DNA from: Paraphysomonas bandaiensis
Lineage: Eukaryota > Protista > Chrysophyceae
Assembly (NCBI GenBank): GCA_965644295.1
Contig: CBFFRP010000039.1
Location: forward strand, 62,001-126,000
Length of the DNA: 64,000 nucleotides
Direction of reading: 5' to 3'
The notes under the pieces: model-generated
Database searches by the model: none
What the model saw: only the letters and a program-made list of their open reading frames with translations
Told to the model about the DNA's origin: nothing
Part shown: piece after piece, positions 37,442-48,993 of the stretch
Position numbering within the stretch: position 1 is the stretch's first letter
Layout of the letters: each line of letters begins with the position of its first letter
Made by a program: the position numbers and the translations under genes

Positions 37442-40400
37442 TGGTTCGGTGGATGTGACGATACAGACAAGGAGGATTCCAATTCAAAGACTCGGGATGA
37501 GAATGATGAATGTTCAGTGCATTCTAATGATCTTAATGAGTTTGCGAATTCCTCCAATGTCTGTATCGGGGATCAGGCTAAGCTGTATGCCTGCTATCCT
37601 TCATCCAAGAGCTTCTCTTCAGCGCACACTATAGGAAGGATTACTTTAGATAGAAAATTTGGAATAGAGGAGTTAGTAAAAATATTGTGTGACACTGGAG
37701 CCCTCTCAGCCAATTATGTGTCGAGGGATTTGGTGGACAGATTGCGGAACAAACTAGAACCGAGCCGTTTTTATAAAGCTAAACACCGTGTGGTATTGGC
37801 GGATAGTAGAACGGTGAAGGATCTCAATGAAGGAGTCAGATTAAATTTAGTGCTGACTGATCCGAAGAGTCATACCTATCAATATACGGGTGAATTCTTT
37901 GTGATTGATATGACGAGTAATGATATTATTTTGGGGTTGCCTGCGCTGACTGGAAAATTATATCCTTTCATGTGTGCTGTTATGCGTGAGGCACATGACA
38001 CTCAAATCGAGGGTGTCTCCGATAATGAAAATTCGAATGTGTTGTCATCTCTGGCAGGGGACACGGTTGACTCTGATGACCGTGTGCACCCATGGTCAAG
38101 AGCGAGTGATGCTATTGCCCCAGAGGATGAGGAAACCGAGTTACCGGTTCAATTCAAGGATGCGTTGACATTCTTAGGAAAGTCTAGGGAGGAAGCTCTC
38201 CAAGACTATCATGAGCAGATAGAGACTCATGTCAGTGATGAAATGAAAAGTGAAACTAAGATTATGGAATTGTTGTCAACGAAGGCTGAAAAAGTGTTCG
38301 TGCCTGACGAATGGAGCGGTGTGAGAGGTGTGGACCCTTTGTCTCTAAAATGGAAAAGCACTCTCCCGGATCGAATGAAACCAAAGGCTCGCCCGATCAA
38401 TCCTAAGCTGTGGGAGGCTTCGGAGAAGGAGTTTCGGCGACTGTGTGGCTATTTCTACCGAAAGATTCGTTCTCCTTGGGCTTCATGCCTAGTGGTTGCT
38501 CCCAAAGCCACTCCTCCATACATCCGTTTTTGTGGTGACTATGTGCAAATTAACAAGCACATGGAAGTGGGAAATTATACGATTCCTAATGTTAAGCATG
38601 AGTTGGACAAGATTATCAACTTTCCGCTATATATGGACATCGATTTAACAAATGCTTTTCATCAAATTCCATTAGATGATGAAACTTCTGAGCGCCTATC
38701 AATTCAGACGCCTTGGGGGCAATTTGCTCCTAATTTCATGCCAGAGGGTATTGCTCCGGCCACGGGTGTTTTACAGGAAACTGTGAGAGAAATATTCGAT
38801 GATTTCTCTGAGTGGGCCATAGTCATTTTCGATAACATGCTTATATTGGCTAATGATGCCAGGGATGCTTATGAGAAGTTCGAGAAGATCATTGACAGAT
38901 GTATTGAAAGGAATGTGAAACTTAAGATGCCAAAAAGCTGGTTGGGGTTTAGAAAAGTGGATTTCTTTGGATATGTTTGCCGTCACAAGTCATATGAGGT
39001 TAATCCCGATAAGAAGGAGGCTCTCGGCAAGATTCCAATGCCTACTAACACCAAACAGGCCAGATCGTTGCTGGGTAAAGGGGTATTCTTTTCTAGTTTT
39101 ACGCCTAGATACTCTGACTTAGTTGCTCACTTGACTGACATGACAAAGTCGAGTTTCAATTGGGACAAGTCCACATGGCGGCATGACTACGAGGCAGAGT
39201 ATCGTCGTTTCATTGCTGGACTACAAGACGCTTGTGAGCTGTTTTATCCTGATTATAATCTTGAGTGGACATTGCGTACTGACGCTAGTGAGTTGGGAAT
39301 AGGTTCAGTGTTATTGCAAAAGAAAATATTAGAGGATGGGAGCATACAGTGGCAGCCTATAGCTTTCATTTCCAAAAAGTTTTCTGCCCAAGCTCAGAAG
39401 TGGTCAACTATAGAGCAAGAGGCATATGGCATTTTCTACAGTGTTAAACACTTGGCTTATTACTTAATAGGCAAGCAATTCACAATTGAGACCGACCATA
39501 ACAATTTATTGTGGATGGAATCTTCGGATGTTCCAAAGATTACACGATGGAGGATATTCTTGCAGTCTTTCAACTTCAGCATTCGTCATATATCTGGTGC
39601 CAAGAATTGGTTGGCGGACTGGTTATCTAGAGAGCATCAGGTTGCTATACTCTCTGGAATATTCCCAGAGGAGGAATATGATGACGCCTATTTCATGGGG
39701 GATGACTGTAATGAGTATGAGTACTTTAACTTTCTGGGTAACTTTATGAACCCGGATGATCGAGAGATTGGGGACCCTCCAACATCTCATGTATCACCGG
39801 AGACGGCGTTGCGTGAGGTTCATAACGCGCGAGTTGGACACATGGGGGGAAGGGCTACCTGGATACGCTTAAACAAAGAGTTCCCGGGTCATAATATTCC
39901 TTACAAGGTTGTTGAGGATTATATCTCTAAGTGCCCAAATTGTGTGAAAACGAGGTTGGCTATGAAGGAGGCTCTTATCCCGATCGTACGAAATCTCAAG
40001 CCCCCAAATGCTCGTAGCGCGATTGGTATAGATGCTGTTGAGATTACACCTCACGGTGCAGAGGGATATACACATATCAACGTGGTGGTCAATCTTTTCA
40101 CCAAGTTTGTGTACCTTGAACCTGTCAAAGGTGTGACGGCTCTTAATCTTGCAAATACTATATGGAAATACTGGAGTCATTACGGTCACACAGATCTAAT
40201 AATCTCGGATCAAGGACCGGATTTGACTTCAGATTTGTTCAAACAGTTGACGGAGTACATGGGTGTTCGGCACACTTTTAGTATTGCCAATCGCCATGCA
40301 AATGGATGTGAAAGAATTATTGGAGAAGTAGTTCGACATTTACGTGCTCTGGTCTATGATTACAGTGAACGGGAGGAACGAAAAGACATCTTTGAGGACC

Positions 40401-41425
40401 CTAGTTGGTTAGCAAGTGTTCAATATCTTCTAAACTCTGAAGTGTCTTCGGAAACAGGATTTTCGCCTTTTGAGTTGACGTTTGGCTCAAAGGATCTTGA
40501 CTATTTGAACATGGATCTCAAAGATCTCCCAGATAGGGCGCATGCTAGACTCACTGCGCTTAATGATCAGTTAGCCCAACTCCGAGAGGCTTCCAAAGCT
40601 TATCAGCAAAAGTTAGCCACGGAGAGGGCAGGAACAGGTGTGCATCCCGATAGACAGAATAGGTATCAACCGGGAGATTTTGTCTTATTTGACAAAGGGG
40701 CAAAGGTTCATCCTAAGATGTCTCACCGGTATATGGGACCTTTCTCAGTCAAGTCCCAGTACAAGAATGACGTAGACTGTCAACATCTCGCCACTGGGCA
40801 AGTGGTTCGTGTTTCCGTGAGCGACGTTAAATTGTTTCCGGGAGATTCTGATACTGCTTATAAAATGGCTTTACGCGATCAGGATCAACATGTTATTGAT
40901 GAAATCCTTTATTACCGTGGTGATAGAGAGGTTCGATCTACCATGGTTTTCACTGTGCGTTTTCAAGATGGAGATATCCGAGAAGTCCCTTACAGCAAGG
41001 ATATTTTTGATTCCGTTCCTTATGCTGAATTCTGTTCTCGAAAACGATATCTTTACCATCTTATTTATACTGCTGACTATGCAAAGAAATACATCGCGGA
41101 TTTCCGCCGGCAACCGATCACTCAGTTTCAACCTGGTGATCTAGCCTATGTTGATTTGCGAATTTATGGTGATGCTTGGTACGATGAGTTGGAATTACCA
41201 GATTCTCATCTCATTACTTATGTAGCTCCTATCCAGTTCACACACTGGTATCACAAGAGCTCTAAGCGAGTTTTATCGGTGAAGGACCTTCTCACCCTCC
41301 GTACCTACCGTTATGATAATTACCTAGTGCATTGTTTTGTCCATTCCGAGGTGAATGCTAGCACAATGGTACTCGTGGACGAGGATTTTGCCAACAAATA
41401 TCCTCAGGTCCGTGCGTCTTATTAA
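37442..41425 (+). CDS. pol: Pol polyprotein (aspartic protease, RT, RNase H, integrase, GPY/F, chromo-like)
   Basis: LCDTGA; DLTNAFHQI, MPEG, IFDN; TDAS, EQEAY, ETDH; H..H..C..C, D-D-E (IDAV, SDQG, NGCER); YMGPF. Open and in the gag frame from 37442. Confidence 0.92.
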   Translation, partial: WFGGCDDTDKEDSNSKTRDENDECSVHSNDLNEFANSSNVCIGDQAKLYACYPSSKSFSSAHTIGRITLDRKFGIEELVKILCDTGALSANYVSRDLVDRLRNKLEPSRFYKAKHRVVLADSRTVKDLNEGVRLNLVLTDPKSHTYQYTGEFFVIDMTSNDIILGLPALTGKLYPFMCAVMREAHDTQIEGVSDNENSNVLSSLAGDTVDSDDRVHPWSRASDAIAPEDEETELPVQFKDALTFLGKSREEALQDYHEQIETHVSDEMKSETKIMELLSTKAEKVFVPDEWSGVRGVDPLSLKWKSTLPDRMKPKARPINPKLWEASEKEFRRLCGYFYRKIRSPWASCLVVAPKATPPYIRFCGDYVQINKHMEVGNYTIPNVKHELDKIINFPLYMDIDLTNAFHQIPLDDETSERLSIQTPWGQFAPNFMPEGIAPATGVLQETVREIFDDFSEWAIVIFDNMLILANDARDAYEKFEKIIDRCIERNVKLKMPKSWLGFRKVDFFGYVCRHKSYEVNPDKKEALGKIPMPTNTKQARSLLGKGVFFSSFTPRYSDLVAHLTDMTKSSFNWDKSTWRHDYEAEYRRFIAGLQDACELFYPDYNLEWTLRTDASELGIGSVLLQKKILEDGSIQWQPIAFISKKFSAQAQKWSTIEQEAYGIFYSVKHLAYYLIGKQFTIETDHNNLLWMESSDVPKITRWRIFLQSFNFSIRHISGAKNWLADWLSREHQVAILSGIFPEEEYDDAYFMGDDCNEYEYFNFLGNFMNPDDREIGDPPTSHVSPETALREVHNARVGHMGGRATWIRLNKEFPGHNIPYKVVEDYISKCPNCVKTRLAMKEALIPIVRNLKPPNARSAIGIDAVEITPHGAEGYTHINVVVNLFTKFVYLEPVKGVTALNLANTIWKYWSHYGHTDLIISDQGPDLTSDLFKQLTEYMGVRHTFSIANRHANGCERIIGEVVRHLRALVYDYSEREERKDIFEDPSWLASVQYLLNSEVSSETGFSPFELTFGSKDLDYLNMDLKDLPDRAHARLTALNDQLAQLREASKAYQQKLATERAGTGVHPDRQNRYQPGDFVLFDKGAKVHPKMSHRYMGPFSVKSQYKNDVDCQHLATGQVVRVSVSDVKLFPGDSDTAYKMALRDQDQHVIDEILYYRGDREVRSTMVFTVRFQDGDIREVPYSKDIFDSVPYAEFCSRKRYLYHLIYTADYAKKYIADFRRQPITQFQPGDLAYVDLRIYGDAWYDELELPDSHLITYVAPIQFTHWYHKSSKRVLSVKDLLTLRTYRYDNYLVHCFVHSEVNASTMVLVDEDFANKYPQVRASY

Positions 41426-41457
41426 GCTCCACGCTGGACACATTATACTTATTGCTC

Positions 41458-42255
41458 AAGAGGTTGCAAAAATGACTTGGCAATGCCGGGAGTGTCCTGT
41501 AGGAAAAGGGGCTCCGCATTTGCCATGATTGACCGCTACTTGCTTCTATCTAATCATTTGCGATCATGCTAGTTTGGTTTGGACGTCTTAAGTCTAGTGA
41601 GCTCGTGCAATTACGGGGGGAATTAGAATACTTTCAACTAGTGTCCATATAATTACAGAAGGAAGGTGAACACCAGCTTGACCTCCACGACGTTCGCATA
41701 TTGTTTGACGACGAGCTCATCATAAGGCATCCGATTGTCGAGCGTCATCTGGTCGATAATGCTGCTATTATTCATAACGCTGCTTTGGAAAAGGCAGCCG
41801 TGAAGATTCAATATGGCAATGAAGCCGCACTAGCTCGGAGGAAGAGGATCAAATTAAAATATTTTTGCTTGATGAGGATGAAGAAGATTATGACAATGAG
41901 AGTCTAGTTTCGAATGACGACGCAGCGCAACGTTTGATTGATAGTAGCAGGCAGCGGAAGCGGGGAAGACTTAACCAGAAAACTCGTCGTTACCGCAGCA
42001 CAAAGCACTTGCATGCCACAACCACAAACGTTGAAAGGTTGTTCAGTAGAGCTAAGGTTGTTGTGACGGATTTGCGCTAGAGCATGACTCCTCGTCATTT
42101 AAGAGCAACTTAAGCTTTTACGAATGAGCCGTTGCCTCTGGAATGAAATGACAGTTAAGGTAGCTATATTGGCAGCTAATGTAGTTTAGTACTAAATAAT
42201 TGCAAATTAATTGCAATAATTGAAATTGAAAAAAAGATAGCAAGTAATAACCCTG
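41458..42255 (+). mobile_element. Internally deleted hAT transposase remnant, right end
   Basis: TWQCRECP (BED-like) joined to GSAFAMIDRY, FxxAxVKIQ-like segment, TNVERLFSRAK, and terminal CCCTG; homologous to 54647-57117. Confidence 0.8.
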
Positions 42256-42696
42256 CTGAGTTATAGTAGTGAGACTGAAATATATATTGATTGTATAATT
42301 GTATATGATCGTGTCTATCTACTGCCTGATAATATTATTCGATAGTGAAGAGAATATAATTGTAGTGCAAAACATAAATGAATGATGAGACATGCTGATT
42401 ACTATGTTATTAATTGATTATAATAGATATTATTTCACCATCAATGTTAAATGTTGACATATATTAGGGGCTTTCGAATCGAGGCATTTCTAGAAAAAAA
42501 TGTCTGCGCACTAAAGACATTGCAGGTTGAGAGATGATTTGTAGAATTTGTGGTGCGGCCAGATATGGATGTCACATTTAAAAGTTCCAATAATTACAGT
42601 TAAGTCTCAAGTTCTGTGAGGGGGGTTTTGTTCTGCGCTTCATACTTCATATAACATATTGTCTGTCTACGGTCTACGTGGATGAGAAGATCGCTA

Positions 42697-44260
42697 TCAG
42701 TGTAGATATAGGTAATGTTCAGTCACCCCTGGTCACGTCATTTAGCCGTGGATCTGAAGAGATACTATGTGAAGTGGAAGGGCAATATTTCATTATCTGT
42801 GCCGAGTTGACAGTAACAAAAGCTACCTAATTAATGCGATACACCACGCTAACATTACTTACTCCGCCAGGCATAAATATGCAATATCTACAATTGTATT
42901 GTGCCATTCTTTTTCTGTAGGACAATACACTGATGCATTGAGTCTCGCAGGTTGCCTGTAAGTATCACGTCTAGGTCAATAAGGCTTGCCATCTTCTCTA
43001 TCAATTCATAATCGTAAACGAATTGGTGATCAGAGCGGGGATCAGTGATAGATCTCATAGTGTCCTCGTGTAAGAGGACTTTCTTGCTTTTGTTGAAGAA
43101 TTGTCGGTCAGTCTGAAGAAATATCTCTTGTCTGTTGGAAAAATTGACATCATAGTCCTCAGCCTTGCGTAGATACCTAATCTCACGACAGCACTCTATT
43201 AACCACGTATAGAACGCTTACATCACTATACACACCTGTATATTATATCCTCTAGTCTACTATTATCCCTATAATGGTCGAAGCACCGTTCTTTCCACGG
43301 CACCACCAGGAGAATTATTCCCCCCGGCTTTACCACACGTTTAGCCGTCTTCAGCGCACGAATAGGGTTCAAAAAGTGCTCCAGAACATGACTGGACATA
43401 TAAAAGTCATATTCTTCATTCAATATGCCAGGGAGCGTGGCGCCATCTTGATGGGTGATAGACCCACCAACGCTACCTGGGACGGGGTTAGGAGCACCGT
43501 CTGACAAGTCTGCCTCAATATTGAGCACTATCCCACCAGCGTCCAGCATGGCAATATCAACCATTGCGTGTGCATAAATCATCCCGTCTGAGAATAGCTC
43601 AGATGGCCCGCCGACCTCAATGCCGCGTTTACCAATGATATGACGAGCGGAGATGTCCTGAAAAGTTGATATGTTAAAATGCCTGGGCACCGCAGGTAAA
43701 GCATTAGATATGACTAAGTCTTCCAGTAAATATCCCTTCGGTGCTGTGACAGTAATATACGTGTTTCCTGATGCCGTGAGAGCCTGTATACGTAGTACTA
43801 AAGGTCCATCTCTGGACGGCGATGTGTCACCGAAAATATCATAGAGAGAGTATTCCTTCGGAATCACTAATACGTTGTTAAATATGAAACTCTGCAGGAT
43901 ACTCTCAACACGAATGCGGTGGCCATTATAGCCGAAAGCCAACTCTGCAGTAATAATACGTAAAGGCTGACCACGACCATTGAACCCCGACAACACGTCA
44001 TCAGGGAGGCTCTTTATAACCAAATTATCTGACAACTTCTTCATAGAGTGAAGACAAAATCTGTTCAGATCAGATCGCAGCTGGTCAATATCACTCATTA
44101 GTGAAGGACGGGCTACAGACAGGGCATCCATCTCTCTCAGCAGGTGTCGTGCAGAGGGACCCAGCAGAGATGGCAGCAGATACTCAACAGTCATATCGTC
44201 GTATCTCTCACATGTTGCTCCGGTTACAAGAAGAAACAATACCAGCATTGACATGTTCAT
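42697..44260 (-). CDS. Class I SAM-dependent methyltransferase (Methyltransf_11-like) with signal peptide; 3' end approximate
   Basis: GIEVGGPS, DFYMSSHVLEHF.NP..AL....RVVKPGG; intron at about 43177-43235 continues into YLRKAED...HQFVYD. Confidence 0.7.
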
Positions 44261-44851
44261 TTATTTATATCATTAATGTAACGTATGTTTCAGGACCAGG
44301 ACCGAATATACATCTGTCCACAGACACAGACAGAGTATGTGCACACACAGCTCTCTCCCTCTCTCTTTATATCCATGTGTAGTGACACTGAACTACCATC
44401 GCTCACATTTGGACAACTAAACTCCACGTATTGGCAGTCAGCATCAAAACTTTCGGAAATATATTGAAGCAAATTATTTCTATATTACTGAAGTATAACT
44501 ACGGCTAGAATACAGATAATTGTTGACTCAATAATAGAGGCATCTTTGAACAAAAATATACAATCGACGCCGATACGCACAATGCGTGTAGGAGGCATAG
44601 AATTCCCTTCGTCGAAGTAGTTCGTAGTAGGAAGAGGGAATACGTATAAATGACCGTATACCATGGTATACCACTGTATATTGTACCTGGATCTATCTGG
44701 ATATTCTCTTAACTTTTACGCTAGTCAAGAGAGGCAACCAACAATGAATCAGACCTCCTTGTCAAAGTAGCTGAATATTTCGTATTGACAATTTTGCCAC
44801 TGCAGTATCACTTTGTCGATGACACGATAAGCAGTATATAGGAACAGAGGG

Positions 44852-46590
44852 ATGGCACTAGTTATGGGAATAGACGCAGGAACAGAGAGCGTCAGAGTGT
44901 GCTTATTCACTTTACAGGGACATGAAGTTGCTACTTACGCAGTGGAATACCCAACCTCTTTTCCACATAACGGATGGGCTGAACAGCACCCTGAAGACTG
45001 GTGGATCAGCATGGGGGCGTGCGTGCGGACGGTGTTGGACATGGCCAATTGCAAGAAAGAGAATGTGTGCGCGCTCGCGATTGATGCGACTTGCTGTAGC
45101 GTTGTCTCACTAGGAAAGAACGGATTTGTACTCCGTCCTTGTCTCTTGTGGATGGATACCCGAGCCGCCGGTTGCGCAGTTGATATTATGACTCTTGCAG
45201 AAGGAGATGAAGCTCTGGACATTAATTGTGGTGGTAAAGGGCCCCTATCCGCTGAGTGGATGATTCCGAAGGCGTTATGGATGAAACGTAATGAGCCGGA
45301 GATTTGGTCTCGAAGTGAAGTGATATGTGAGAAACTGGATTATATAAACTATCGTTGCACAGGAAGGATGTGTGCCTCCGCTTGCAACGTGGCCGCTCGA
45401 TGGCATTTTGACGCTCGCGCCGCAGTGACTGCCCGAACAGGTGATTGTAAATACCCGGGAAGGCCACTATCTTTACTGGAAAAAATTGATTTGCTGGATA
45501 TTCTGGAAAAATGGCCGGAGGACGTTGTGTCTGTTGGGGACCGGATCGGCAGTTTGACTGCCGCTGCTGCAGAACACCTTGGTCTTTCTGAAGATACTGT
45601 TGTTGTCCAAGGTGGGCCGGATGCATATATTGGTATGGTTGGGCTGGGTTGTATAGAGCCAGGGCAAGTTGCTCTCATTACAGGGTCTTCCCATCTGCAT
45701 CTATGTGTCCATGATACAAGTGATGGTACAGACGGAGATGTGGGCCGTATGGGGGTTTGGGGGTTGTACCGCGGAGCCGTGACAAATGAAATATCTTTCT
45801 CTGAAGGAGGGCAGAGTAGCACGGGAAGCACCATTTCTTGGGCCCGGAAGCTACTATCTGGGGCTGATAGATATTCATACAGTGATTTAGACAACGAGGC
45901 AAAGGACATCCCACCCGGTATATAATCTATTCAGCTTTTTTGCACTCGTTGACGGCACCATGGTATAGGAGCGGATGGACTGCTTGTTCTAGAAACGTTT
46001 CAAGGTTCCCGCACTCCGCTGACAGATTCCTGTCAACGCGGGGCTATTGTTGGTCTCTCACTCTCCCACTCCCGAGCACATTTATGGCGCGCACTGTTGG
46101 AGGGTTAGATCATTTTTTTGTCCGTGTAATGCGCTGACAGCAGTTATAGGAGTATGCTTTGGGACAAAGGCATGTTTTGAAAGTCTGATAGCTCCAGAAT
46201 GTGCAGGGTTGCCATGTGAGTGAGTGCTATTAGTAGTGGAGAACGTCGTAACTGTCCATAATTTAATTTAAAATAATAGGTGTTCTTGTGACGGGCGGGG
46301 CAACGAGATCTAATTTTTGGCTGCAGATGCACGCAGATGTTGTAGGGGCTCCCGTGCAAGTTAACGAGGGAAGTAATGCGCCGTTGCTAGGGTGTGCAAT
46401 TGTAGCAATGGTTGGAATGCTCAAGGGAACTGATCACGAGATTACTCTACATGAAGCTGTGAAAAGAATGGTACGAAAGGCAAAGGTTATTCATCCTGAT
46501 ATGGATATGCACGAAATATATAATCGCATATACAAAAAGTATCAACAACTTTCTCCTGCTTTAAGAAGTGTGTTCCATTTTGATAGCTAG
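44852..46590 (+). CDS. FGGY-family carbohydrate kinase (ribulokinase/xylulokinase-like)
   Basis: GIDAGTESVR, GWAEQ.PEDWW, WMDTRA, GGPDA, ETFQGSRTP, TGGATRS..WLQMHADV; three short introns. Confidence 0.88.
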
Positions 46591-47952
46591 TTCTGAAAAT
46601 AAATGAGATATCCGTGAGTACCAGAAATATTATTGCTTTACGTGCTTCAGAACCAACGGTAACTACCTATTGAATATTTTGTGGAAGGTTTTATCTTACA
46701 AAGTTTTTCTTTCCTGATGGATGTAGCTATGAAATATCAAATCACTATTAACTGGTATATTTTAGTGTTTCAGTAATGTACGCGTACATTGGCAACAGTT
46801 GCTGAATGAGTGTATATGTGGGTATGAATATACATTGAGATAAATACAAAATAAAAAGATTTATGCAATATATGAAGAGGGAGGAACGAGGGAGTTCTGC
46901 AATAGATGGATTCATTGTAATAATTTATTTTTTTTGTTGAAAAACGGAATTAAGACGACAATATATATAGACTAAACCGCGCCATAATCTACTTATGCTG
47001 CTTGTATGGTTACTATTCATACGTTTGAGAACCTGCGTGAAAAATTATTTGAATTGAGAATGTAAGCGTACGTTGACCAGTGATTAGCGCGCGGGGTGGT
47101 AGACGCATGACTTTAGCAATCAGTAACATATCGGAGATGACCCTTTCGTATACTGTTACCACGGCCCATTAACTCGACAGTCATTCTTGTTTGTATGAAT
47201 AACGTAGTCTCAGACACCAGTTTTGGTCAATCAACGTCGGCAATATTATTTAGTTGTTCTATATACTATCTAATATCTGGTCTAGTAACGAAAACTAGAG
47301 TACAAAATATTGATACTTCTTCTTATCTCTTATAGTGCACTATTGTAAGTTCTTTATAGTATTCCAGTCTGGTACTGACGATATACATCGTGGTCAACAA
47401 ACCTTTAATTTCTGCCTTATTGAGTGTATACTCTGCATATTTTCGAAGAGCTTCATAAACATTAATTGGGTTAGTATTAAATCCATAAAATAGCAGCTTA
47501 TTGAATACTTTATATAATCTTCAATAATGGCGTTAACATATATATCTTAGCTGAATGGTCCATCAACTCAAACGACAAGCACAGACAGCGAATAACACCC
47601 AACATTCAAACTTTGAAACAGATGATATTCTAGCTTGTTGATTGTACAATATAAGTGGGTAAAAGTATTGATTGAATCAAGTAATTATATATACACTACT
47701 GTAAGACGTAGAGAACACTAAAATATACAACATACTTATATTGATGTTCAGGTAATTTGGCTAGAAACCTATTTAACGATTCATCGTCTTTGCTATATAA
47801 TATTATTATCTCATAATATATGTTAATTTTACAACCAAAAGACGAATAACTACTGTCTATATAAGAGATGCAGCATCGCTATCACTATATTTCTTGACCT
47901 ACAGTCAGTAATCTTTACGTCTTTTTAACATATTATTATGATGTCTGGATAT

Positions 47953-48308
47953 CCTCTCAACAAAGTCGGACTCGCACCTTCTCGTGGTGTTATGTGGGAG
48001 ATAAAAGTGCCGGAAACTAATGTGAGCCGCTAATATAGCCAGCAGATAAAGTTCTGCCCACTCATAGCCAAATGCGTGTGTGGTACAAAAGGGACTCTAA
48101 AATATAAGTGACAAATAAACAGGCATCTGAGAATGGGCCCACCTCAAGGGCATCCGGGGCAGAGCCCGCCTCAAGGGTAACCGGGGTATTGGGCAGCCTG
48201 CTGAAGTTAAAAGCATCCACGATATTCACCTTAAGGACTCAACATCCCTTAAGTCCGCAGATGTCAGGTATATCAACATTCTGCTTGCTCACTGTGTTTG
48301 CTTTGAGT
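47953..48308 (+). mobile_element. Ribozyme-headed SINE-like retroposon, copy D (3' part lost)
   Basis: CTCAACAAAGTCGGACTCGCACCTTCTCGTGGTG head and family body. Confidence 0.8.
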
Positions 48309-48672
48309 AATTAATGCCGAATACGAGTTCACATTATTCGGTATCTGTGCGGCCAATGACCGAGATAATGTCAATGGCAATGTGCTTATTAGACCTGTTA
48401 TGTGGGAGGACCCGGCGCCAGAGATACTCTACCTGCTGCTGTGAATACCACCTTGACACAGGAGACATATGCCGAAAAGACACCGGCCGCAAGTTATTTG
48501 TGCTTGGACAAGAGTAGATTGGGCAGTTGCGGCTTTTAAACACGCAACTCGTCGTATGTCCACTAAATAAACTAAATCGTGCTGTATAGTTTAGCACTTA
48601 CTTGTTGGCGGTGCGTGCAATAGTAAAAGTAGATGGGATTCATGATATATAAGCTTAGGCTATGTATGCATT

Positions 48673-48759
48673 CGGATCACGTTAGTTTTCCGGAGAAATT
48701 TATTTGGTACTTGTCCCCCAGAACGCCACAAAAAAGTGCGAGTCCGACTTCGTTGAGGG
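48673..48759 (-). mobile_element. Isolated ribozyme head of the SINE-like family, copy E
   Basis: Only the 87-nt 5' signature (CCCTCAAC...CTAACGTGATCCG) is present. Confidence 0.75.
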
Positions 48760-48993
48760 CATGATGACAAAGGGTGTGCAACACAAATACCTGTGGGTGA
48801 TGTCGCACTAGAGGCAGGCCACTCCATTTTAATTTTTATATTGTTTAGGTTGGAACTCCTGTGTATTATTAGTATGATGACAGCTAAAGTATATAGCTAC
48901 TTGAGTACGTAGTTAAGTATCAATAAATAGCAGCCAAACACAATTGTAATTATAATTGACTACAACCTCCTGTGTCAATATATATATTGGTAT

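Larger units (their letters stand above)
34180..41457 (+). mobile_element. Ty3/Gypsy-type retrotransposon; 5' boundary uncertain, 3' LTR absent
   Basis: gag followed by PR-RT-RH-IN-chromo-like pol; long T/G-rich leader; abuts hAT sequence about 32 bp after the pol stop. Confidence 0.85.

Noticed and set aside
37439-37458. UGAUG stop-start reinitiation for pol
   Set aside because: The overlapping ATG is in a different frame and stops after five codons
41500-41511. AGGAAAAGGGG as the Gypsy polypurine tract
   Set aside because: It lies within sequence homologous to the hAT copies (CCTGTAGTAAAGG at about 11865), and no LTR follows
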